DNA of 64,000 nucleotides from an uncultured Flaviramulus sp. (GTDB taxonomy: Bacteria; Bacteroidota; Bacteroidia; Flavobacteriales; Flavobacteriaceae). The position numbers and the translations under genes are program-made. The stretch is from assembly GCA_947501105.1 (NCBI GenBank), contig CANMUP010000007.1:15003-79002 (forward strand). Direction: 5' to 3'. Below the pieces are notes generated by a model. That model was not told the DNA's origin. It saw nothing but the letters and a program-made list of their open reading frames with translations, and made no database searches. Positions 38,565-48,507 of the stretch are shown here, piece by piece. Position 1 is the first letter of the stretch, and every line of letters begins with the position of its first letter.

Positions 38565-39878
38565 TTATATAAATGTATTTAATATTAAAACGCCAATTAA
38601 TCCCATTATACCAACGGTAGTTTCCATAACACTCCATGTGGAAAGCGTTTCTTTTACTGTAAGATTAAAGTACTCTTTAAACATCCAAAATCCGCCATCG
38701 TTTACATGAGATAGCATTAAACTTCCGGAGCCTATGGCTAGCACCATTAATTCTGGGCTAACACCTGTACTTGAGATTAATGGGAGTACAATACCAGCAG
38801 CAGTTAATCCTGCTACAGTAGCAGAACCAACACAAACTCGAATTGCTGTAGCGATTAGCCAACCAAGTATTAAAGGCGATAAGTTTGAATCTTTTAATAA
38901 AAGAGCAATATAATCGCTTACACCACTGTCTGTTAAAATTTGCTTTAAAGCACCAGCGCCAGCTATAATTAAAAGCACCATAGTAATACTAGAGACTGCA
39001 TTTGAGACAGAGCTCATTAACTCAGGCATTTTTTTGCCTCGGGCAATACCTAAAGTATAAATGGCTACTAAAACCGATAAAAGCATTGCAATGGCAGGAT
39101 TACCAATAAAATTAACTATAGTTTTCAATAATCCCTCGGTTAAAAATTGATTAAAAATTGTAGAAAGTGCAATTAAAATGACAGGAAGTAGTGCTGTAAA
39201 GATGCTAATTCCAATTCCTGGCATTTCTTCATCTTTTAAAATAACAGGATTGTAAAATTCTTTTAAAGGAGTGGCTTCTATATTTTTTATTGTTCTAGAA
39301 AATAATGGTCCAGCAATAATTATGGCAGGTATTGCAATTATAATTCCATAGAGCAAGGTTTTGCCAATATCGGCTTTAAACATTACCGAAATAGCAGTAG
39401 GAGCAGGGTGAGGAGGAAGAAACCCATGGGTTACAGATAAAGAAGCAAGCATAGGTAAGCCTACATAAATTAATGGTAAACCAGTAGCTGCAGCTACTGT
39501 AAATACCAAGGGAATTAATATTACAAATCCAACAGAATAAAACATAGGAATACCTACAATAAATCCTGCTAAAACAACGGCCCACTGAATATATTTTACC
39601 CCAAATGAAGCTACAAGTTTTGATGTAATTCTTTGCGCTGCACCACTATCTGCAACCAGTTTGCCTAACATAGCGCCTAAACCTAGAATCATGACTAAAA
39701 ACCCTAGAGTATTTCCAATTCCTGTTTGGATGGATTGAGTGATTTGCTCTAAGCCCATGCCTTGTAGAATACCAACAAAAAGACAGACTATAATGAATGA
39801 AATGAATGCATTAAGTTTGGATACGGCTATTAGAAAAAACAATAAAACTATTCCAAGAATAACTATGGTTAAAGGCAT
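38565..39878 (-). CDS. GntP-family gluconate:H+ symporter
   Basis: LGAMLGKL..DSGAA..I; HGFLPPHPAP; GSATVA; SHVND.GFWMFKEYF.L. Confidence 0.9.
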   Translation of the reverse strand: MPLTIVILGIVLLFFLIAVSKLNAFISFIIVCLFVGILQGMGLEQITQSIQTGIGNTLGFLVMILGLGAMLGKLVADSGAAQRITSKLVASFGVKYIQWAVVLAGFIVGIPMFYSVGFVILIPLVFTVAAATGLPLIYVGLPMLASLSVTHGFLPPHPAPTAISVMFKADIGKTLLYGIIIAIPAIIIAGPLFSRTIKNIEATPLKEFYNPVILKDEEMPGIGISIFTALLPVILIALSTIFNQFLTEGLLKTIVNFIGNPAIAMLLSVLVAIYTLGIARGKKMPELMSSVSNAVSSITMVLLIIAGAGALKQILTDSGVSDYIALLLKDSNLSPLILGWLIATAIRVCVGSATVAGLTAAGIVLPLISSTGVSPELMVLAIGSGSLMLSHVNDGGFWMFKEYFNLTVKETLSTWSVMETTVGIMGLIGVLILNTFI

Positions 39879-39991
39879 ATATAAGAATTTGTTTCTTTAA
39901 TTAGTGTAAATAATTATTGCTGATATTTTGTTGAAATGTTCTTTTAGCTATAATCATTAACCTGACTATGCAAGCATTAAAACAAAACATG

Positions 39992-40029
39992 CTTTATTAT
40001 ATCACATAGATCTATATGATATAGTAAAG
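39992..40029. promoter_or_regulatory. 38-bp near-perfect palindrome upstream of gntP
   Basis: CTTTATTATATCACATAGA|TCTATATGATATAGTAAAG, 17 of 19 pairs complementary. Confidence 0.5.
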
Positions 40030-40116
40030 TAATAAATTTAATGTTATTAGTAATAAATTATTTCTACAGTCAGCAAGAAACTATAGCTAAACAGAAGATT
40101 TTTGATAAGATGAGTA

Positions 40117-41151
40117 TTATTTTTCAACAATCTCAACTTCAAATAATTTATCCCAGCGTTTACCAGTTACAAATATGGTTTTCGTTTTTGGGTTGTAAGC
40201 AATACCATTTAAAACATCTAGTTTTTCGTGTTGAGTTACTTTTTCTTTTAATGAAGAAAAATCAATAACACCAATTACAGCACCATTTTTAGGATTAATA
40301 ATGGCTACACCATTTTTTTGGTAAATGTTCGCATAAATTTGTCCGTTAATCCATTCCAATTCATTAATCCGTCCAATTTTACCTTTATTAGTAAACACTT
40401 GAATATAGTCTTGTTCAACTAAAGTTTCAGGGTTTAAAAGCCATATTCTTTCAGTACCATCACTTTTATAAATAGTATTTGCATCATTGCATAATCCCCA
40501 ACCTTCTTTACTATTACCGTAACTAAAACTGCTTAACTTATCAAAGGTGTTTACATCATAAACAAATCCAACATCCATTTGCCATGTGAGTTGATAAATT
40601 TTATCATTTAAAATTGTTAACCCTTCTCCAAAATATTCGTTAGCTAAATTTATATTTTTTATAACCTCACCAGTTTTATAATTAAGTTTTCTGAGTTTTG
40701 ATTCTTTATATTGCCCCGTGCTTTCATAAATAGTATCGTTAAAAAACTCGATCCCTTGTGTATAAGAAGTAATATCGTGTGGATATTCATTAATAATGTT
40801 AAACTTATAAATTTTAGGTGTTTCGCTATTCAAAATAGTTATGCTTGTATTTGTGGTTTGCTTTTCATTATTAAAATAAACGGTAGCCTCTAGAGTATGT
40901 TTTCCTAATTTATAGTTATTTAGTGCTTGTTTTTCGTCAATTTTTTCACCATTTAAAGTATATGAAACAGAATCTATAATGTGGCTCTTTTTGTTTTCTA
41001 AAGAAAGGTTTAAGGTTTCGGATATAGAAATATTTCCTTTTTCGGCATTTGTTTTAATAGAGAAATCACTTTTCTTCTGACCAGAATTTGAACCGCAAGA
41101 AATAAAAAGTAAGCCTAAAAATATGATTGTGAGAGCTTTGTATGTATTCAT
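40117..41151 (-). CDS. Glutaminyl-peptide cyclotransferase (lipoprotein)
   Basis: Lipobox FISC; YPHD..SYTQG, YESTG.Y, YFGEGLT, EGWGL, NELE, VLNGIAY, TGK.W. Confidence 0.92.
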   Translation of the reverse strand: MNTYKALTIIFLGLLFISCGSNSGQKKSDFSIKTNAEKGNISISETLNLSLENKKSHIIDSVSYTLNGEKIDEKQALNNYKLGKHTLEATVYFNNEKQTTNTSITILNSETPKIYKFNIINEYPHDITSYTQGIEFFNDTIYESTGQYKESKLRKLNYKTGEVIKNINLANEYFGEGLTILNDKIYQLTWQMDVGFVYDVNTFDKLSSFSYGNSKEGWGLCNDANTIYKSDGTERIWLLNPETLVEQDYIQVFTNKGKIGRINELEWINGQIYANIYQKNGVAIINPKNGAVIGVIDFSSLKEKVTQHEKLDVLNGIAYNPKTKTIFVTGKRWDKLFEVEIVEK

Positions 41152-41227
41152 TTTGTACTATAAATTTGGAGCAAGATATTTATTTAAAAACAGTTTAAAA
41201 AATTATTGTGAAAATTTTAAAAGGTTG

Positions 41228-41235
41228 TATCTTTG
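41228..41235 (+). promoter_or_regulatory. Bacteroidota -7 promoter element for ffs
   Basis: TATCTTTG (TAnnTTTG) 5 nt before the SRP RNA stem. Confidence 0.75.
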
Positions 41236-41240
41236 CAGCC

Positions 41241-41334
41241 GGCAAGTCCTACACAACCAGCTCCTGTTGAATCCTCCAGGGCGGGAACGCAGCAAAGGTA
41301 AATGGTCGTAGCGGTGTGATGTAGGTAGCTTGCC
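41241..41334 (+). ncRNA. ffs: Signal recognition particle RNA (small bacterial SRP)
   Basis: Terminal helix GGCAAG/CTTGCC and CCTACA/TGTAGG; helix-8 CAGG-GCG-GGAA-CGC-AGCA with GNRA loop; T run follows. Confidence 0.92.
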
Positions 41335-41398
41335 TTTTTTTGTGCCTTTTAGTTTGGTAAATCTTCATATCTTTAAGTTTTTAATTTTTATATAAATA

Positions 41399-42202
41399 AT
41401 GTCTAAAGTTGTTTTAATTACAGGCGGTTCTTCTGGAATAGGAAAATCTGTTGGCGAGTATCTAACCCAAAAAGGTTTTGTAGTTTACGGAACCAGCAGA
41501 AATCCAGATAATTATAAAAACAGTAAATTCTCTATACTACAATTAGACGTTAAAAATATTGATACTATTAATAAAACGGTAAATACGATTATTAATACCG
41601 AAGGTAAAATAGATATACTTATTAATAATGCAGGAGCTGGAATTACTGGGCCTATAGAAGAAACGCCAGAAGCAGAAATTAAAGCCAATTTTGAAACCAA
41701 TTTTTTTGGTCCCATAAGCGTAATTAAAGCTATTTTACCGCAAATGCGTAAACAACAATCGGGTTTAATAATAAATGTAACATCTCTTGCTGGTTACATG
41801 GGGTTGCCTTATCGTGGTGTTTACAGTGCAAGTAAAGGTGCATTAGAACTTTTAACCGAAGCGTTTAGAATGGAGTTAAAGGCGTTTAATATTAATATGA
41901 CTAATGTGGCACCAGGAGATTTTGCTACTAACATTGCGGCTGGCCGATATCACGCTCCATTATTAGAAGACTCTCCATACAAAACTTCTTACGGAAACAC
42001 TTTAGAATTAATGAACGAGCACGTCGATTCTGGTAGTAATCCAAATATGATGGCCAAAGCAATTTATAAAATTATAAATGTAAAAAAACCAAAAGGACAT
42101 TATAAAGTAGGGGAGTTTATGCAAAAGTTTTCTATTGTTCTTAAAAGGATACTTCCGGATAAAGTTTATGAAAAGTTATTGATGAACCATTATAAGCTTT
42201 AA
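41399..42202 (+). CDS. Short-chain dehydrogenase/reductase
   Basis: TGGSSGIG, NNAG, YSASK. Confidence 0.92.
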   Translation: MSKVVLITGGSSGIGKSVGEYLTQKGFVVYGTSRNPDNYKNSKFSILQLDVKNIDTINKTVNTIINTEGKIDILINNAGAGITGPIEETPEAEIKANFETNFFGPISVIKAILPQMRKQQSGLIINVTSLAGYMGLPYRGVYSASKGALELLTEAFRMELKAFNINMTNVAPGDFATNIAAGRYHAPLLEDSPYKTSYGNTLELMNEHVDSGSNPNMMAKAIYKIINVKKPKGHYKVGEFMQKFSIVLKRILPDKVYEKLLMNHYKL

Positions 42203-42251
42203 TATTTTTGGCATATTAGTTGATACAGATTGTTTTAAAAAATCTTTCATC

Positions 42252-42677
42252 ATGAAACAATCAATACTTATCATTCTTTTATTTTCTTTTTTTTCATTTA
42301 ATAGCTGCGAAAATGTAGTGGACTGCATTATTAATGTTCGCCCAGTGCTATCTGATAAAAAACTCGCTATTGGCGGTGTAAATCAATATTATTCTGAAAT
42401 AATTTCTGCACAAATTAAAAACGAACCCCAAGATAATGCTTACGACTACTATTTTGATGTACGTGGTAAGATTCCAGATGGTTTGGAAGTGATTATAGAT
42501 TACAGAGATGTTTATATTGAAGGTATGCCTACCAAGGCTGGTAGATATACATTTACCGTGTATTTGGATGTCGATCCACTTAATGAATATTATTATGATG
42601 AATACGGTAACCAGAGGTATGATGATTCGTTATGTACAGATAGTACTTCAAAAACTTATACAATAGCCATTAAATAA
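42252..42677 (+). CDS. Hypothetical lipoprotein with single Ig-like domain
   Basis: Lipobox FNSC; G.IPDGL…IEG.PT.AG.YTFTV. Confidence 0.65.
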   Translation: MKQSILIILLFSFFSFNSCENVVDCIINVRPVLSDKKLAIGGVNQYYSEIISAQIKNEPQDNAYDYYFDVRGKIPDGLEVIIDYRDVYIEGMPTKAGRYTFTVYLDVDPLNEYYYDEYGNQRYDDSLCTDSTSKTYTIAIK

Positions 42678-42759
42678 CTGAGTATATATATATTAAATTG
42701 TTAATATTTTTTAATTAAAAAACAATTTTAAAAGGTATATAAAGTTGTAGATTTGCAAC

Positions 42760-42858
42760 GCGTTAAGGATAGTAGCGGCATCCTTTTTTACTTTTTTTGT
42801 AAAAAAGATATAGCGAATAGCCTGATTTGAGCAACTTTTTTAGTTGCGAGAGTAACGC
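42760..42858 (+). ncRNA. Structured element in the transaldolase leader; resembles the Flavo-1 RNA motif as I recall it
   Basis: Outer stem GCGTTA/TAACGC; GATAGTAGCGGCATCCTTTTTT…AAAAAAGATATAGCGAATAG core; GCAACT/AGTTGC hairpin; TAGATTTG promoter at 42748-42755. Confidence 0.5.
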
Positions 42859-42890
42859 CCAAAATGTAAAACACAACTAAATATATACGA

Positions 42891-43544
42891 ATGAAATTTT
42901 TTATTGATACTGCAAATCTTGATCAGATAAAAGAGGCTCAAGACCTTGGTGTACTTGATGGCGTTACCACAAACCCATCGTTAATGGCTAAAGAAGGCAT
43001 TACAGGGCATGATAATATTTTAAAGCATTATGTTGATATTTGTAATATTGTTGATGGTGATGTGAGTGCTGAGGTTATTTCGACTGATTTTGAAGGTATG
43101 GTTAGAGAAGGCGAAGCTTTAGCAGAATTGCATGACCAAATTGTTGTAAAATTACCGATGATTAAAGATGGTGTTAAAGCTTGCAAATATTTTTCAGAAA
43201 AAGGCATTAAAACTAATGTTACACTAGTGTTTTCTGTTGGTCAAGCCTTATTGGCAGCAAAAGCTGGAGCTACTTATGTATCGCCTTTTATTGGTCGTTT
43301 AGATGATATTTCTACTGATGGATTAAATTTGATTGCTGAAATTAGACATATTTATGATAATTATGCTTTTGATACTGAAATTTTAGCTGCATCTGTACGC
43401 CATACTATGCATGTTATTGATTGTGCAAAGTTAGGTGCCGATGTTATGACAGGACCATTAAGTTCTATTGAAGGCTTATTAAAACACCCTTTAACAGACA
43501 TTGGTTTAGCTAAGTTTTTAGCAGACTATAAAAAAGGAAATTAA
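42891..43544 (+). CDS. tal: Transaldolase (small FSA/TalC family)
   Basis: FIDTA, GVTTNPS, VSAEV, VVKLP (Schiff-base Lys), [12 protein letters not shown]. Confidence 0.88.
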   Translation: MKFFIDTANLDQIKEAQDLGVLDGVTTNPSLMAKEGITGHDNILKHYVDICNIVDGDVSAEVISTDFEGMVREGEALAELHDQIVVKLPMIKDGVKACKYFSEKGIKTNVTLVFSVGQALLAAKAGATYVSPFIGRLDDISTDGLNLIAEIRHIYDNYAFDTEILAASVRHTMHVIDCAKLGADVMTGPLSSIEGLLKHPLTDIGLAKFLADYKKGN

Positions 43545-43564
43545 ACATATTCTTTTTCGACATA

Positions 43565-43601
43565 AAAAAAGCCTCGACTTAATATAAGTCGAGGCTTTTT
43601 T
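43565..43601. terminator. Bidirectional terminator, 17-bp perfect stem
   Basis: AAAAAAGCCTCGACTTA-ata-TAAGTCGAGGCTTTTTT between convergent genes. Confidence 0.85.
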
Positions 43602-43616
43602 ATTTGAGTATATTTT

Positions 43617-45038
43617 TTACCTATTTATTAAACCTAAAAGCTGCTCTTCAAAATTTCTAGCAAAAATATTTGCTTTGCTGTTTACTATTTTTTGGTTTTC
43701 ATCTATAATAAAAGCTTTTGTCATTGGATAAACTGCTAGAACTTCTCTTGATGCATGTGGTTTTTTAAATTTATACTGGCCTTTAAACGGAATTTTGTTT
43801 CTTTTCAATACTTTTAAAGAAGCTTCTAATCCATAATCATCTATATTGATAACAATAAACTTTACTTCTGGGTATTTAGCTTTTAATTTACGAATTTTAT
43901 GATGACTCTCTTTAAAATGCTCGTAATACGTTTGTGACCAAAAACAAATAACTACAGGCGAATCTATAATAGCATTAATACTTGTTTCAGTATTATTAGC
44001 ATCTATTAATTTTACCTCAGGAAATGCTGCACCAGGTTTTAATTTATTTAAAGCATTGGCATAACGTGTAATGTCTTCTTTTCCTTCTTTATTCGAACTT
44101 TTGTTTGTGTAGAATTTTAAAATAGTATTGTTGTTCTTTTCACTATTGCTTTTATTTAAAAAAGTTATTGTGTAATGGTAAAGTAAATCTTCTTTTATTT
44201 GATTATTGCTTACCAAGCTATCTATAAGTACCAGTCTATCTAAATTATAGCAAATATTCGAGCTTTTAAAATGATTGCTTTCTGAGTGCTTATAATGTTC
44301 TTTAAGCGAAATGTTACTAAAATTCCAACGTAAAAAGGTATTATAAACAAAATAGTCCTTTAGGAAAGTATCGTTGTAATTTATATTTTTTCTGTAATTA
44401 TAAAAATCTTTTGGTAGCGAGTTTAAAATGTCACTTTTATTACCTCTGTAATGTACAAACGGATAAATTTCTTTGTTAAAATAGTAGTTGTATTCAATAT
44501 TTGCATGAGCGATTTTATTAAACAAATCAGAAGTATCGTATTTGTTTTTAAACTTCTTAAGTTTTTTTAATTTGATGTTTTTTAAAGAATCAACTTCCTT
44601 TTGATAATCTTCTGCACTTAATTGACAATATTTAAAAACCTTCTTTTCTTCAACTTCGTTTCTTAAAAACTCATTTATTAAGTAGTTATTCTTTTTGGCT
44701 CCTTCACCAGTATACACTAGCGACTCGTCAAATTCCAATGTATTAAGTCTAAACATAATGCTATCATTTGGTTCTAATAAAACCATTTGATATTCGCCAC
44801 CATGTTTAAAGGTATAAAGTCCAGATTTTAAATTATTTACTTTGTAAATAAACCTGTTATTGCCATCTAGTTTGATTGTATCAATAATGTGTTTGGATTT
44901 TGATAGTACAACAAAATTATTATTTGCATTAATAATTTCACCGCCTAAAAAAGCATAATCACCATTATTTTGGGTGTTATCTTTTTTACAACCAGTTAAT
45001 ATAATCGCAACACAAAGTATCCAATAATAATATTTCAT
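43617..45038 (-). CDS. Lipoprotein with C-terminal TlpA/thioredoxin-like fold lacking CxxC
   Basis: Lipobox LTGC; L.PG..FP..KL.D, VVICFWSQTY, VKFIVINID, P..FIIDEN..IV. Confidence 0.7.
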   Translation of the reverse strand: MKYYYWILCVAIILTGCKKDNTQNNGDYAFLGGEIINANNNFVVLSKSKHIIDTIKLDGNNRFIYKVNNLKSGLYTFKHGGEYQMVLLEPNDSIMFRLNTLEFDESLVYTGEGAKKNNYLINEFLRNEVEEKKVFKYCQLSAEDYQKEVDSLKNIKLKKLKKFKNKYDTSDLFNKIAHANIEYNYYFNKEIYPFVHYRGNKSDILNSLPKDFYNYRKNINYNDTFLKDYFVYNTFLRWNFSNISLKEHYKHSESNHFKSSNICYNLDRLVLIDSLVSNNQIKEDLLYHYTITFLNKSNSEKNNNTILKFYTNKSSNKEGKEDITRYANALNKLKPGAAFPEVKLIDANNTETSINAIIDSPVVICFWSQTYYEHFKESHHKIRKLKAKYPEVKFIVINIDDYGLEASLKVLKRNKIPFKGQYKFKKPHASREVLAVYPMTKAFIIDENQKIVNSKANIFARNFEEQLLGLINR

Positions 45039-45243
45039 ATTCCCTCTTCAAAAAATTGTTTTAGCATAATGCTAAGTATAACAAAAATATGGCTTGTATT
45101 TATAAAGTGCTGTTAAGGCGTTGTTAAATGTTATTGTAGGAATAATAGCTAAAAACACTTATAGAACTATGTTTTTCAATTTAAAAATAAGCTAAGTATG
45201 TTTCCACTTACCAATTCATTTTTCTACTTTTGCAAAAAATTAA

Positions 45244-46878
<1,635 letters not shown>

Positions 46879-46894
46879 GAAATAAGCCTTTATT

Positions 46895-47311
46895 ATGGTC
46901 TTATCATTGATATTGACTTTAATTTTTTTTGTTTTAGGAATTATTCATTTGAATTGGGTAATTGGTGGAACTTATGGTTTTGCCGAATCTTTGCCAACAA
47001 ATGAATCTGGAGAGCGCGTATTAAACCCAAAAAAACCAGATAGTGCAATAGTAGGATTGGGCTTATTGTTTTTCGCTACTTTTTATTTAGTAAAATCTGG
47101 TTTGATTAATTTTAGTTTCCCGAATTGGATATTCACCTACGGAGGTTGGTTAATACCAGGAATATTTATTTTTAGAGCTATTGGAGAATTTAAATATATT
47201 GGATTTTTTAAAAAAATAAAACACACAAACTTTGGAAGGTTGGATACAAAGTTTTACTCTCCATTATGTATTATTATTGGCACGATTGGAATCTTAATTC
47301 AGTTATTTTAA
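46895..47311 (+). CDS. DUF3995-like membrane protein
   Basis: IHL.WVIGG..G…LP…GE; RAIGEFKY.GFFK…D…YSPLC. Confidence 0.7.
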   Translation: MVLSLILTLIFFVLGIIHLNWVIGGTYGFAESLPTNESGERVLNPKKPDSAIVGLGLLFFATFYLVKSGLINFSFPNWIFTYGGWLIPGIFIFRAIGEFKYIGFFKKIKHTNFGRLDTKFYSPLCIIIGTIGILIQLF

Positions 47312-47328
47312 TAACTAGACTACTCGTT

Positions 47329-47562
47329 TTAGGCTTCTAAACCAGAAGTAATACCTTCAACAATTAAAACAGCTTTATCAAGTTCGTCTTTGTGTACAAG
47401 AATTTCTTGAAGTAAATGGCCTCCATAAATTTTCGGGTCAAGACCCGACTCATTTTGTTCTTTTACAATGGCATTAATGCCTGAGTCCTTCAAACTATTT
47501 ATTATTCGTTCAGTAATAATTAAATTTCCAGTAAATATTTTTATATAATTTGAATCAGACAT
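47329..47562 (-). CDS. DUF2007-like small protein
   Basis: L.DSGI.AIVK…G…EILVHKDE..KA. Confidence 0.65.
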   Translation of the reverse strand: MSDSNYIKIFTGNLIITERIINSLKDSGINAIVKEQNESGLDPKIYGGHLLQEILVHKDELDKAVLIVEGITSGLEA

Positions 47563-47643
47563 AGCGATAGGTTTTATAGGTTCTTTACTAAAGATACGAA
47601 ATTTTGGTTGGTTTAGATAGAAAGTATTGCATAAATAATTAGC

Positions 47644-48507
47644 TTAAAAAGTTCCAATAAAACCAATTCCTTTTCCGCTAAAAGTAAAATTCCAAGAAAT
47701 TTGCTTTTCTTTCTTAGTATAATTGTATGCTTTTGTTTTAGACAACAACTTATCTATAGAATCTACTACAACAATACTTAAAACCGCGCCAATTCCAATA
47801 TCAGTTAACCAATGTGCACCAGTAAAAAGTCTAGAAATTGGTGCAATTGCACCTAAAGAATACACCCCAACTTTAGACCATGTATTGTCAAACTGTTTTG
47901 CAATAGCGTGTGCCATAGTCACAGATAAAACGGTATGACCAGAAGGAAATGAGTGAAATTTAGCTTTATTAGACCAAAACCTGAATTCATTACTATTGTA
48001 TCCGTTTCCAGGTCGTGCTCGACCAAAGGCAGTCTTGCTTAAACTTTGAATAATACCACTAGTAAAAGACGACGAAATAATTAAAACACTAGTTTTTCTT
48101 AGTTTTTCATTCCTTGTAAATAGTCCTAATCCATAGAGAGAAGCATTAGCAATAAAATATACTTGGGGGCTTCCAAAACGAGTACCAACTTCTTGAAATA
48201 AATTTGGAACATGAGGTTCATTGCGCACAAAAAATGTACTTGATTCATCGTCAATAGTCGACAAAGCATAAGCTCCAATAATTACAGTTCCTAAAGTTGT
48301 GAAATCTTTTTTTTTCCAATGTAAAGGTCTTGTAAACGAATAGCGAACTCCTTTGATGCCCTGCTTTAAATCATAAAGCGCCAATCTTCCGATAGAGATA
48401 GTGTCATTACTCTTATTTGTGCTTATTGTATTTTGCTGTGCATTCAACTTAAAAGCAAAAAAAATTGTAACAATGAAAATAAAGCTACTTCTTAATTTCA
48501 AAATCAC
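47644..48507 (-). CDS. PAP2-family phosphatase
   Basis: K..FGRARP, SFPSGH, SR…HWLTD; GTGA overlap with pheT stop. Confidence 0.85.
   Translation of the reverse strand: MILKLRSSFIFIVTIFFAFKLNAQQNTISTNKSNDTISIGRLALYDLKQGIKGVRYSFTRPLHWKKKDFTTLGTVIIGAYALSTIDDESSTFFVRNEPHVPNLFQEVGTRFGSPQVYFIANASLYGLGLFTRNEKLRKTSVLIISSSFTSGIIQSLSKTAFGRARPGNGYNSNEFRFWSNKAKFHSFPSGHTVLSVTMAHAIAKQFDNTWSKVGVYSLGAIAPISRLFTGAHWLTDIGIGAVLSIVVVDSIDKLLSKTKAYNYTKKEKQISWNFTFSGKGIGFIGTF

Noticed and set aside
43565-43601. Perfect 17-bp hairpin as possible REP/MITE
   Set aside because: Single copy seen; fully explained as a bidirectional terminator.
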